From NCBI RefSeq assembly GCF_037042905.1, contig NC_087250.1, forward strand, positions 15,998,001 through 16,062,000: 64,000 bases of DNA. Reading direction: 5' to 3'. The position numbers were made by a program, and so were the translations under genes. The notes under the pieces were generated by a model. It worked only from the letters and a program-made list of their open reading frames with translations, was not told the DNA's origin and did not search any database. This DNA is from Lytechinus pictus. Its lineage: Eukaryota. Each line of letters opens with the position of its first letter. The stretch's first letter is position 1. Below, piece after piece: positions 1-12,034 of the stretch.

Positions 1-97
1 GTCTAAATTTACTCTTTGGAAATTTCATATTTAATCCAAAATACAGTTTCTTCAAATCGCAGCGTAGACGGATCGTGTAGTGTGCGGCTGGCTTTAA

Positions 98-883
98 AGG
101 GATGCTTTGTGCTGAAGATATTTATATCTAAATATTGAATAAAGCAAAAATTCACAGAGCAAAATGCATAAAATTTAATCAAAATTGGATAACAATAATG
201 AAGTGATTGAATTTTAAAGTAAAGCAATATTTTATGAAAACAGTTATATGCGCGTCGTCATAAATATTCATTAGGTAGGCTAATGATATCATATCCACAC
301 TTTCCTTTTTCTTCTGTTGTTACATGAAATCATAATTGTTTCATTTTTTCATACATGTTAATATGATGTGTCTCCGTTATGATGAAATAAGTTGCAGCAA
401 TAAATAACTAATGCACTTAATCAGTTGACAATCCGATTATTTTAGTTCTTGGTAGAAAATATTTGAATTAACCTTATTTCATATAATAAAATACAAAAGA
501 ACAAGCGGGTATATGACATCATCTGGGCGTTGTGGCGTGAGCCTGTAATCCAAGCTGTGGGGAAGTTACAAATTGATGCAGAGGTTCGATCCCTGGTCAC
601 GTCTTTTGGTTGGGGACGTTAAATGTCGGTCCCAGACGTAAGTAATCATATCTGATTGATACACGTCTGACAAAAATCACACACACACACACACACTCAT
701 CTGTCCAACTAATGTATACTCATGAAGACATGCCTAGAACTGTTTCACCGGAATAATGCAAATCTTTAACATTCAATAACTTCGTTGTATGTAACCCGAT
801 TTTGATGAAATTTTCAGCATTTTGCTCTTAGAATTCTACTCTATCTATTGAGATACAAAATATCTTCATCCTGGAGCTTCCCT
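98..883. mobile_element. Non-autonomous TTAA-TSD DNA transposon (Kolobok-like MITE), host of the 7SL-like SINE
   Basis: TTAA at 94-97 and 884-887; imperfect TIRs AGGGATGCT..GCTGAAGATA / TATCTTCATC..AGCTTCCCT; body resembles the copy at 54162-54731 and the fragment at ~33330-33546. Confidence 0.75.
526..696 (+). mobile_element. SINE with 7SL(Alu-domain)-like head, tRNA-type B box, Deu/Nin-like core and (CA)n tail
   Basis: 7-bp TSD TCATCTG at 519-525 and 697-703; head GGCGTTGTGGCGTGAGCCTGTAATCCAAGCT resembles the 7SL 5' end; B box GGTTCGATCCC at 583-593; (CA)n at ~678-696. Confidence 0.75.
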
Positions 884-937
884 TTAATGTGACAGTTATA
901 TCATGCTACGATCATACAAGCGAAACTGAATCCAGAC

Positions 938-1157
938 CAGTGGCGTACCTAGGATTTTCCACAGGGGGGGGCAAAACCGTCCGCCCAAAAATTTGACAAG
1001 CAAAAAAAAAAAAAATAAATAAAAAAAAAAAAAAAGGTCTTCAAGCTCGTCAGGGGGGGGGGGGGGCAAAGATACGTTTTTGCATGGGTTGTGACTCGTC
1101 AGGGGGGGCAGAGTGCCCCCCCTGCCCCCCCCCCCCCCCCCCGTAGGTACGCTAGTG
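938..1157 (+). mobile_element. hAT-like MITE
   Basis: 8-bp TSD ATCCAGAC at 930-937 and 1158-1165; termini CAGTGGCGTACCTA / TAGGTACGCTAGTG; second copy in reverse at 14287-14603. Confidence 0.8.
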
Positions 1158-1406
1158 ATCCAGACTGACCAGCGATTGAGTTACTACCAACATGATCAAT
1201 GACATACTCGGGGACATACTATCGGTCGATTTGGAATCGCTTTCTTTTGGTGTGACTTTCCATTAGCATTACAGATCAAACAAAGAAAAGCTCATCTTAA
1301 TCATAATCTGGAAACCACTATCTAAATGTCTTTTATATATACATGTCATTCAATATGAAATATAGATTTTCTCTCTCAACAGAGTGGATACTTTTATAAT
1401 CATTAA

Positions 1407-1986
1407 AGGACAAGTCCACCCCAAAAAAATGTTGATTTGAATAAATAGAGAAAAATCAAACTAGCATAACACTGAAAATTTCATCGAAATCGGATGTAAA
1501 ATGAGAAAGTTATGGTATTTTAAAGTTTCGCTATTTTTCACAAAACAGTGATATGCACAACTCAGTGATGATGTCCATCACTCACTATTTCTTTTGTTTT
1601 TTATTGTTTGAATTATACAATATTTGATTTTTTACAAATTTGACAATAAGGACCCACTTGACTAAACCATAGAGTATTAAACAATGCTAATTCCACATGT
1701 TCAGGGAGGAATTAATCATTGTTTCACTTGACAATGAGGAGAAAATTATAATATTTCATATATCAAATAATAAAATACAAAAGGAATAGTGAGTGGATGA
1801 CGTCATCAGTCTCTCATTTGCATACTGGCCACGATGTGCATATAACTGTTTTGTGAAATTAAGTGAAACTTTAAAATGTCATAACTTTCTTATTTTACAT
1901 CCGATTTTGATGAAATTTTCAGTGTTATGCTTGTTGGATTTTTCTCTTTTTATTCAAACCAACTTTTTGTTGGGTGGACATGTCCT
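1407..1986. mobile_element. Kolobok-like TTAA MITE
   Basis: TTAA at 1403-1406 and 1987-1990; TIR AGGACAAGTCCACCC / GGGTGGACATGTCCT; related copies at 28495-29037 and fragments at ~22170 and ~31790-31900. Confidence 0.8.
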
Positions 1987-2939
1987 TTAAGAGTAAGGTT
2001 AAGTATTCAAGCTATGATCAACTGAATAAAAAACCACAAATACACGACTGATATATCCTTTCCTATTAACAAAATATATTATTATGAAAAACAAGGCTTT
2101 GATGTTTGGTCAATCAATTTTACAATCTCTCTGTGCAAACGACAAATATTGGCAATGAAGTATTTACAAGCATATAGTATCATTACACACGTCTATCTTA
2201 ATCGCTATACCGAAAGAGTGTGGTTAACTCGAATACAATGCGGGGCCACAGAACCGTCTTAGAAAATGGGGGGGGGGGAAGGGTTGTGTAAAAGTGTCGG
2301 GGGCTGACCATGAAAAATCACATCAGATTAATTTTTAATCTTTGGTACACGGTTTGGAAAAAAAGTGGGCCCCGGTTCTAAATATTTTAATCTAATTCTC
2401 AGTGTCTTCTCATTAAGTTTCGGTGAATCGTTGTCTCGGTGTCTTGTATTGAAGTCTCGGGGCCTTTCCACACGTGAATTTTGAATCACCATTGTAATGA
2501 TGATTGCTATTGTAATCGTGACTGTGATTAGCGTTCGTGATTCTAATCATGTTCAAATTTGGTTTCACACGTGCTAAATATTCGTCATTGGCCTTATTTT
2601 CCACTGGAATCATCATTCAAATTACGATTTTTTTTTACCGTGTGAAAGGGCGGTCGATGTCGTATATATAAGCTTCCTTATTGTCTATTTAATTCTCAGT
2701 GTCTTGTATAAGACCCTTAACAAGTCTCGATGTTTGTTTTAAAGTTTGAACCCGACTTCAGAGTATACCCTGCTGGAAAAAAACACAGTGTCGCACGGTG
2801 TGATCACAGTGTGTTCACATAGTGGACTATATATATATAAATTTATTTTTTACACTGTTAAAATGCTAAAATATATGACAGTGTGAAGATGACTTCACAT
2901 TGTGTTCCACACTATGGACACACTACACTATGGTACATA

Positions 2940-3170
2940 CACTGCAAAAACGCTGGTGTTAATTTAACACCAGCCAGGTATCTACATCGATCAGTCCACA
3001 TCGGAGAGGTGTTGAAACAAAAACCGGTTTCGCGTCAGGCTAACACCAATCTGGCATAGTGTTAAACCAATATCGGTTTGATTCTTAACTGGTGTTTTTC
3101 AACGCTTCTCTGGTGTAAACCGATATAGATATGGACTGGTGTTAAAATCAACACCGGTGTATTTGCAGTG
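2940..3170. mobile_element. Palindromic CAC-terminal MITE (CACTA/EnSpm-like)
   Basis: CACTGCAAAAA...TTTGCAGTG termini; same family as 8694-8935, 9177-9420, 15124-15372. Confidence 0.7.
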
Positions 3171-3243
3171 TTCTGTGGGACATTGTGTTCTTTACAGTTG
3201 GGATATGGGCGACTGTAAATACTCGCTGTCTTTTCTTAAGCCG

Positions 3244-3390
3244 CTAAATTAAGATAATGATCAAGAAAGTAACCAGAAAGACAGCGTACACAATAATTCC
3301 GAACCAGAGACCCCAGAGATACCATCGCCTGGCAGAGAGAGAGGCAACCTGAGCCGCTTCATAATGGCCTTGGATATACAGAGAATCAAC
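3244..3390 (-). CDS. CD225/Dispanin-family protein, last coding exon (VDSLYIQGHYEAAQVASLSARRW...C-terminal TM helix, stop)
   Basis: Pyrimidine tract plus CAG acceptor at 3391-3393; 147 nt in phase 0 ending TAG at 3246-3244; matches the CD225 G-x-x-x-A-x-x-x-S-x-x-A loop followed by a hydrophobic tail. Confidence 0.85.
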   Translation of the reverse strand, partial: VDSLYIQGHYEAAQVASLSARRWYLWGLWFGIIVYAVFLVTFLIIILI

Positions 3391-4907
3391 CTGAGTAGGA
3401 GAGAAGAGGAGCAAGAGAGAATTATTTTGTAATATAATTAAGTATTTGTTGAAAATTCAACACCATAATCAAGATGTAATTACAAATAATTCAAGAAAAT
3501 TACGACCATGCAGCGTACATAAAGAGTATAAACAGAGAATGTCAAACGTCCACTTATATTTAGGCGTCCTGTACCATGTCATATCGGGTTATCGCGTCGG
3601 GTCGGGCCTGTTACAACCGATAATGTCGCAGTAACGCATAATGTCACACCAACACATAATATCGCAGATTGCGACATTATGCCAAGAGCATCCAACGCAT
3701 AATGTCGCAGTAAACTCATAATGTCGTAGCTTTTCTACTAACGCATAACGTCGCAAGTCTTAACGAAAAATGTCGCAGCGGTATTCGCTTCAGGACTCGA
3801 GTGAAATATACGACATAAAATATTTTTTCACTGATTAATTTGTGCAAGGTCTGGTGGTGGGGCAGGTGCGGATGCAGGGGAAGGGGTCAGTATCAAATTC
3901 ATTGTCATGCAGGAGAAGGGGGTGGACTTTGAAAATTTTTAATGTGTGGACTCGTGAAACGCAAGTATACGCATACCACCAATCATCTGTGCATATCGCT
4001 GTACATGCAATTTAACTTATTTTACAAGAGAGTAAAGTCATCTGACTGAAAATTAAATCCAAATTTAATTACATTTCATTGTTGTTCATGACATTTTAAT
4101 AAAGAGATTATAGCTTGTATTGTTACTAGGAATGTGCCAGCAATATATTAAAATTTTAGCGCGCGATTCTCGCTCGTATATCTTATACTGCCAAATACTG
4201 CTCAGAATGTTCATTGCTTTGGTCTATAATGCATCAAATATCCAAAAAGTTGAGCTCGCGCTTCGCGCTCTCATCTATTTAGGCAATGTGAAATAGCCTA
4301 ATTGTTTGTAAGAATAAAGCTAATTAAGTGTACTTAAAACTTCAGTCTTTAGTTGGGACTGTTCCCTCTATAAACCAACGGCAAAAAATTACTTTTAGCG
4401 GCCGATCGGGGAAACATGAATGAAAACATTCTGCGCCCCACCCCCTTTTGGCGAAATCCTGCTTTATATACTGTATTAGAAACACGTACTATGTCATGTG
4501 TGCTCTGCCCCTGGACTCCAGCAGGGACCAAGAAGTTGGATCCAGCGCCCTAGTCACTAAGCTCGCGCTTCACATTCCATTTTGTGAAACATGCAAAATA
4601 AATTGTATTCCCCCTCTATCCCTATTCCTCTGCCACTCACCAGTTTTAAAATCATGGTGCCGCCACTACTCGGGGGCTCTCGTTATTTAGAAGAGAAACG
4701 AAAATAGGTTGTCAATGCATCTAAAACATTGTAATACCCGGTATTTCCTTTTAAAGAAATATATACGCATATTTTTTTCTGTGACGAGGGGATGTGAAAA
4801 ACGAATCTTAAGTGATATTTAATGATTTCGTGCACATTTTATTAATTTTTGTAAAACTCTTCAGTAAGAAAGAATGGTTTTCACTTTTTTTCCAGGGATG
4901 CCGGGAT

Positions 4908-7900
4908 GCGAAATTATTTTTCCCACCGAGTTCTGGACCGACATATGAATATTCATGACTTGCGTCTTCGGATTGAGAGTACGCATGCGCGTGGATTTTG
5001 CCTCGACCAGTGCCGCATTCACGTGAATTAGCATCGTCAAATTATAGTGGTTCCATGCTGATACAGCGTAGATCAGAGTCTAACCTAGATATAGAGACTA
5101 GACTAGAACTAAGATAATTTTTTTTTAGATCTAGGACTGGTTTTGTATACGGACTAGACATATTAAACCATGGCAAATAAGCTAATATTTGTCTAAACCT
5201 AATTAAACGTGAAGTTCGGAATCAACCAGTTCGAAGTTAACCATGGCATTAGTCGGCTATTCAGTGTTGTAGTCAAGGCTCAAACCTCCAAGGCCAAGGC
5301 CAAGGCTGTAATACCCAAGGCCAAGGCTGTAATACCCAAGGCAAAGGCATGGAAACCCAAGGCCAAGGCCTGAAAACCTCAAGGCCAAGGCATTTCAAAC
5401 TTACGATATACAGAACAATGAACTAACAATACTTAGGCGGCAGACATCACACATGGTAAAATGTATGTGAGCGAGGGGACTGAGCGAGAAAAAAAAAAAA
5501 CCTTTGTTTAAAACAAAAATAATTTCATGATAGAGACATATCAAAGTAATGATATAGTTACCTGTGTACACATAATCCATAATTTTTCTATAGGCGATTT
5601 ACATTGCAATAATTATTATTACCACGGTCATCTGATCCTGGCATTCTCAACGTACCGTATGTTTCAGTCTCCACTCCCTGGGACTGGGGCAGCAGAAAAT
5701 TATTATGGGGGGGGGGGGTCAACGCCAAAAAGGCACCCATTTTTCAAAATGAGTTTTTTTGTGCAAACAGATACATGTATTTTCAAAATGAGATTATGAA
5801 CTGCGTGAAGTAATTGTGTGTTTTATAGAAATTAAGTTGAGCAAAGGCTTTCTAAAGTGATTTTTAATTATAAGATAGATATTTTGCTTTAGGTTTTACT
5901 TCTCAGCGAGAAAGCATAGCGAGCAAGCGGTTTTGAAAAAAAAAATCTGAAGTTGTAAAACTTGATTTATGGTCAATTATGGGGCTAATCATTGTTGAAA
6001 TTTCCTTGCGCGATGTTGCCAGCGCGAATCACCAGCTCAAACTTCTTGACATGTCGTGTAATAAGACATGGAAATTATTTTATTCTGAGCTGGTTTTGTA
6101 ATCATGAAAAAGATGTGTATCTAACTAAAAAATAACTTTGCGCTCGCTAATTCTTTTTATATACTGACCAGTAAAGGAAGCAGTTAATTACTGCATTTTA
6201 AATAAGATACATAACTCACCAATAAAAAATAATGCGAGCGCAAAGCGCGAGCTCAAAAATGTGTAATATTCCAACCTGAAAACTGGACATTCTAAGCATT
6301 TTTTGTGAACGGGAAGAGAACGAGTACAATCATTGATGCGAGTGCAGGAAGCGAGCCAAATATTTGTGATATTTCAACCATAAAGCAACATTCTATACAT
6401 TTTTGTAACCATTATATTAGCAGTACTGTACTAAACAATAATTGATTCAAGCACGATTCAAAATCTGTGATTTTCGAACCTAAAATGTATTATGTTTTAT
6501 TATTAAAGAAGGTATTTCTTTTTTAAAAAGGGCACATTTCATTTGAAATGTGGGATTTTTTTTTTGGGGGGGGGGCAAGAGAACACAAAGCGCAAGCTAA
6601 AATTTTCAAATGCTTAAACTGAAAATGAGTAACTTTTAGGACTCTTGTCAGTTTTCAAATTTTTTTCTGCTTACAACCACTTTTATTAAACAGTTAATTA
6701 ATCATTAATTATTAATACTTATTGATAATATTAATAATTATTGAATTATTTTTTTTAATTATTATTTCTTGAAACCATATTGACACAAAAACAAATATGT
6801 TGTTTATTTCCTTGAAACTGTAGAGAAATGAGATTCAATGTTGAACGATATATGATTAAAAAGAAGTAAACATTTTTTCCCCTTTGTTTTGTCAATGTGA
6901 CCCAAAACAACTATAAAATTTAGAAGAGAGATAGAGAGAAGAAGAAGTCCCACCACCAAGAATAAACTTAGACAAGGGGGGAAAGGGAAAGGAAAAGATG
7001 GAGTAAATGTGATATTATTTTTTAAACAATCTATTGCAAAATTAGCTTTTCTTATAGAAAGAGGGGGACAGGTTTTGTTCACTCGCTCGCTTCAATCGCT
7101 TTCTTCTTTTTTGGACAGAAATTTTGCTCTATATATGCCATGCTTGGCCTCAAAGTTTCTGGCTCATCATGCCATTGACATAACCCATTTGGATATGACA
7201 AAATTGGAGACTGTGTTCAAGTTTACCAAATCTTTTCAGAATATCATTAAGACTTAAAACATTATTGTTGGCCAAAGAAAATAATACAAGGAAAATCCTA
7301 ATGGAATAGAAATCAACCTTGTTATTGTTCTTTAGAGTTAGCTATGTTTAAAGTTTGAAAATTGTTGTCAAAATTGCAGTCAGATGTAAAAATTATTCTT
7401 GTCATCTTGATCATGACCATTATTATTTACTGTCATTATCATCATATGATTACAACACATTACCAATACATAATGCTATTTTTCATAACTGATGTATTCT
7501 TTGTTTGAATTTCTTGACAATGGTGACAATTACAATTGATGACACTGCTAGTATACACTTACTACTGCTGCTGCTACTGTTACTGGTGATTGGTAGTATT
7601 GACCATTAGTGTTATTAAATATATATATAAAAAACAATTGAAACATTTATAATTACTTATTTAAAACAAATGAAAGTACAAAATACAAAATGCCTGGAAA
7701 AAGCCTTAAAATTTCAAGGCTCAAAATCCTCAAGGCCAAGGCTTTGAACAAGTAGCTAGGCATTAAGGCGCCTAAAGGCCAAGGCCGAGCATCAAGGCAC
7801 TACAAACACTGATTAGTACTAGGAATTAATTAGACAGGTCCAGAGTTGAGGTAAAGTTAATGCAGCTAGTTTATTAAGTGTTTAAGAATTGGATATATAT

Positions 7901-8113
7901 ATATATATATAGATCTAAGCCTATAAGACCTATATATGTAACTATGTAAGGGTACCGGTAATTTGACGATGCTAATTCATTCTGAGCAACGTGAATGCTT
8001 ACGATCGGCACTGGTCGAGGCAAAGTCCACGCGCATGCGTACTCTCAATCCGAAGACGCAAGTCATGAATATTCAAATGTTGGTCCAGAACTCGGTGGGA
8101 AAAATAATTTCGC
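4908..8113. mobile_element. Non-autonomous Mutator-like (MULE) element
   Basis: Long TIRs at 4908-5044 and 7959-8113; 9-bp TSD TGCCGGGAT at 4899-4907 and 8114-8122. Confidence 0.75.
5262..7811. mobile_element. hAT-like non-autonomous element with CCAAGG subterminal repeats
   Basis: Termini CAGTGTTGTAG / CTACAAACACTG; arrays of CAAGGC near both ends; no clean TSD found. Confidence 0.55.
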
Positions 8114-8501
8114 TGCCGGGATGGGCATTAATTCTGCCCATCCCGCTACGTACCAACATGTTCTTAATTTATCACGTGCTCCCCTCTGCCCCGGGGAAAT
8201 TGGTATAGGACATATCGCTTTAAAATTATTGTTCATACAGTACATTCCGAGTTACAATACGAAATATAATTTCTTTCTAAAATGTAATGAACAACGATAA
8301 AAGCAGATGACAGGGCTTGAAAAAATTACTGGGTGAAAACATATCACTCGATTCCTGAATAAAATACCGATGCGACATTATGCGTCGCTGCGACATTATC
8401 GGTTGTAACAGGGCCCTCTAAGTGCCCTAAAGGTCGGGTCCACTTTACCTGCCCATTCGAGAATTTTGCTATAATTTTCGCAAATCACTGGGTAGACTAA
8501 A

Positions 8502-8980
8502 CACTGCAAAAACTGCGGTGTTAATTCAACACCAGTTCTGAATTATCAATATATCACCACACCAGAAAAGTGTTGAAACGTACAACACCGGTTTGAAATT
8601 AAATAGATACTGTTTTAACACTAGTCCAAATTCTAGTCCACATTAGTCCAAAACCAAACCGGTGTTGTTCAACACTTCTCTGGTGTGGTTATACACGGCA
8701 AAAACTCCGGTGTTGATTTAACGTCAGCCAGGAATCTATATATATCCACACCAGAGAAGTGTTAAACAACAACAGTTTCGTTTTGGTCCAACACCAGATA
8801 GGTGTTTGTACAACACCAATTAATATTGAAACAGCATCGGTTTGATTCCAAACTGGTGTTGTTTCAATACTTCTCTGGTGTGGACATATATAGATTCCGG
8901 GCTGGTGTTAATTCAACACCGGAGGTTTTGCAGTGTATATAGATTCCGGACATGGTGTTAAATTAACAGCGCAGTTATTG
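8502..8980. mobile_element. Degenerate CAC-terminal MITE containing a younger copy of the same family
   Basis: CACTGCAAAAACTGCGGTGTT start at 8502; interrupted at 8694-8935; remainder AGATTCCGG..GGTGTTAAATTAAC after 8937. Confidence 0.6.
8694..8935. mobile_element. Palindromic CAC-terminal MITE (CACTA/EnSpm-like)
   Basis: CACGGCAAAAACTCCGG...CCGGAGGTTTTGCAGTG with 2-bp TSD TA. Confidence 0.75.
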
Positions 8981-9176
8981 AAAAGAACCGACCTTTCGAG
9001 AATTTAGGGTACCCTTTTCTCGAATGGTTTGGTTATGCGATTGCTCGACCAGACGCGACAACCCAAGAGATGGCACAAGCCCACTTAGGCCTTCTATAAT
9101 GCGAAGAAAGATTAACTTTTTTTTTTGAGCGATGTTGTATTTTATTTCTGATTTGATCATTATGTAAGTATAAATG

Positions 9177-9420
9177 CACTGCAAAAACTCCAGTGTTGAT
9201 TTAACACCAGCCCGGAATCTATATATGTCCACACCAGAGAAGTGTGATACAACACAAGTTTGGTTTTGGTCTAACACCAGACAGGTGTTTATACAACACC
9301 AATTAGTATTAAAACAGCATTGGTTTGATTCCAAACTAGTGTTGTTTCAATACTTCTCTGGTGTGGACATATATATAGATTCCGGGCTGGTGTTAAATCA
9401 ATACCGGAGTTTTTGCAGTG
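9177..9420. mobile_element. Palindromic CAC-terminal MITE (CACTA/EnSpm-like)
   Basis: CACTGCAAAAACTCC...GGAGTTTTTGCAGTG with 2-bp TSD TG. Confidence 0.75.
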
Positions 9421-9849
9421 TGAAGATATCATATATACTTCATGGGTGGTTTCAAGTACGGTGTTGTGACTGGTGCTGTTGTCACAACACCGACAGCATG
9501 CAGGAGCCCGTATTACAAAGAATTTCGATTGATCCGATCAACCACAACAATGGCAACGTTTACATCTAAAAGGCAAAAAACATTTTTTTTTTAGATATGA
9601 TGTATATATTTATACATTCATCGTTCTCTTGAAGATACGGTGTGCTTTTTTTGTTTATTAAGGAGATTGTTCGAAATTTACTGTAGAGAAAATATATTGT
9701 ATGGATCGATAGATTTCCATACAGTTTAGATTGACTTGATCAATCGTAACTCTTTGTGAGACAGGGCCCTGGCTTCTATCACCGTATGTGGGGGAGGAGG
9801 ATGAGATGATGGCGATGATGATGATTAAGAGGAGGAACAAAACCATCAG

Positions 9850-10160
9850 TGTTAATCGTCATCATAATCACCTCCATTGTTGCAATACCCACTGTCATCG
9901 GCGTCACCATCATCATATCCTCTTCATTATCCTCCTCATCTTATTATCATCATGATCATCATCATTATCATCATCCTCATCATAAAAATTATCATCATCT
10001 TTACCATGATGATAATAATGATGATGATGACGACGATGATCGTCGTCGTCATCATTATCATCATAATTATCATCCTCATCATCATCTTCATCATCATCAT
10101 CATCACCACCACCATCTTCATCATCATCATTTCCATTATCATCACCATTTCCATCATTTA
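9850..10160. repeat. Degenerate (CAT/ATG)n trinucleotide microsatellite
   Basis: Runs of CAT/GAT; source of spurious poly-His/Ile/Asp/Met ORFs in several frames. Confidence 0.9.
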
Positions 10161-10800
10161 ATTTCTTCATATCTTTCAGCATTAGCATTTGCTTTGTCAT
10201 CAAAATTAATTAGTAAAAAAATAATCATCGCAGCGTCACGCCAATTATACCGAATCCAGATCGAGCATCACTGTGTAAATATTATTATACTGTATAATTG
10301 ACCGATATAGTGTGAGATAATTATTCTATATTGACCGGCTGATTATTAATATCCATCAAAGAGGGCCGGGTATGAAATTATGTTTGTGACACCGCCATAA
10401 TGGTTAGTCGCGTGCATTTGAGTGTCCGAAAGTCCACACACACAGCTTCAACACAGAGAACAGTGGTTTTCATGGACGTGATATTGCAGAAATCCGGGTA
10501 TATCTTTATAATCTCACACCAGATTGATAATAGTGTGAAAATTTTATCAAATTCCATTAATTTGATGTAAATATTATTACAATTAATGCACTATTTACGT
10601 CTCGCTGTTCATTTGAAAGTGTCCATGTTCACAACTCTTGCTATGGCAAACGGTCTGAAATCACCCATATTTTCAAGTCCCTGGCACCTTTGTTTTCCCA
10701 ATGGAATATCCCTAAGGGTCAAGGAGGTCGAGATTGATTGTCATCTCAATGCTAAATAGATTACCTACAGTTTGATGTATAATACTTTATGACTGGTATA

Positions 10801-11076
10801 CAGAAGCGGATTTAGAGGGGGGGTTGGGGGGGTTGCAACCCCCCCCCCAAAAAAAAAAAAAATCCGGGGACCATTTTTTAAAATCTTATCTTTTTTTTTA
10901 AACTTGTAACGCCATTTTCACACACAGATTTTCAAAAATTTTCCCTACTGTGGGAGGGGGGACACCCCCCTCCCACACCCTCCCCCCTCGCTCGCTCCGC
11001 TCGCTTGGACTCGGTCGCTACGCTCCCTCGCATACCACCCCAACCCCCCCTTTATAAAAAGCTGGATCCGCCCCTG
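10801..11076. mobile_element. hAT-like MITE (CAG..GCGGAT / ATCCGCCCCTG)
   Basis: Imperfect TIRs; CTGGTATA repeated at both junctions; G/C homopolymer tracts typical of the local MITEs. Confidence 0.55.
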
Positions 11077-11780
11077 GTATAATGGTTACATCTTATTTTC
11101 CCCCCAAACTTTGAGATCGAGCAGGCAGAACATGGCATTTTTCTGCGTACAACGTCACGTGACTAATGTATGATAGTTTTTGTGCCTAGACCCTATTCAT
11201 TTGGAACATTTAATACAGTCCAAATAAACTTAATTAAAGCATTTAATGTTGAAAGTAAAAACGTTCTTCTACTATAAAACTTTGCCTACTGATATTTATA
11301 ATTTAGCTACAGTTTGAGGAAGCAAATATCGAGTCCGGAATTGATTTTGATTTGCAATAGGGTTTGTGGAAGTATACTATATACTAGCAGGCTAGCATCG
11401 TCTGCTACGTAAACCAAATGAGCGATAATGACCGAAACTAACCATTATATGCCCGTAATGGATCGTGTGACCGCCGATTCACCAATCGCACGTATATATA
11501 TATATATATTAACAAGTGCACACCTAGTTACCGAGAATGCATATAGCATTTCCATTTATTTGAAATCAATGTAAGATGAAAGAGCACTGTCAATTAGCTA
11601 AACGCAATGCTCACAGCCATATAGGTGCAGTGGCCGGGAATCGAACCCCGGACTTTCAAATGTCTATAACACTTGGCCACGGCACAGGATGATGTTTTTG
11701 ATATCATACCATCGATCGGTTTAAAATAGATATCATCGGTGTGCCTGAGTCTTAGTAGTAAATATTATAAACCGTCTTAC

Positions 11781-11882
11781 CTGCGAACCCTTAATGACTC
11801 CTATGATACCGAATAATAGACAGCAAAAGAGGAGCACGAGGATGTTATGAATTATATACTTCTCAGGCAAAGGAGGGGCACC
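11781..11882 (-). CDS. CD225/Dispanin-family protein, middle coding exon (GAPPLPEKYIIHNILVLLFCCLLFGIIGVIKGSQ)
   Basis: CAG acceptor at 11883-11885, GTAAG donor starting at 11780 (minus); 102 nt in phase 0/0; FCC..FG intramembrane motif of the CD225 domain. Confidence 0.88.
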
Positions 11883-12002
11883 CTGTCTGTGAATAGTCGT
11901 AGCGATTGGCACCTATTGATACACACACAAATGAAAACAAAAATTAAGTCCGGGTCTAAAGTTTTATTTCTACTTCATCATAAAAAAATACAGACCATTT
12001 TA

Positions 12003-12034
<32 letters not shown>

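Larger units (their letters stand above)
3609..8410. mobile_element. Non-autonomous Ginger-like DNA transposon with nested insertions
   Basis: TIR TGTTACAACCGATAATGTCGCAG / CTGCGACATTATCGGTTGTAACA; 5-bp TSD GGGCC at 3604-3608 and 8411-8415; subterminal ATAATGTCGCA repeats. Confidence 0.7.

Noticed and set aside
526..696. A genuine 7SL RNA gene or human Alu contamination
   Set aside because: Similarity stops after ~45 nt; there is no S domain, dimeric Alu body or poly(A); it has a TSD inside a native MITE.
8975..9569. Similar ORFs at 8975..9334, 9174..9569 and 15086..15280 suggesting a gene family
   Set aside because: They are translations of the same palindromic MITE.
9849..10301. Poly-His/Asp/Ile/Met ORFs in four frames
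   Set aside because: Products of a (CAT)n microsatellite inside an intron; no splice or domain support.
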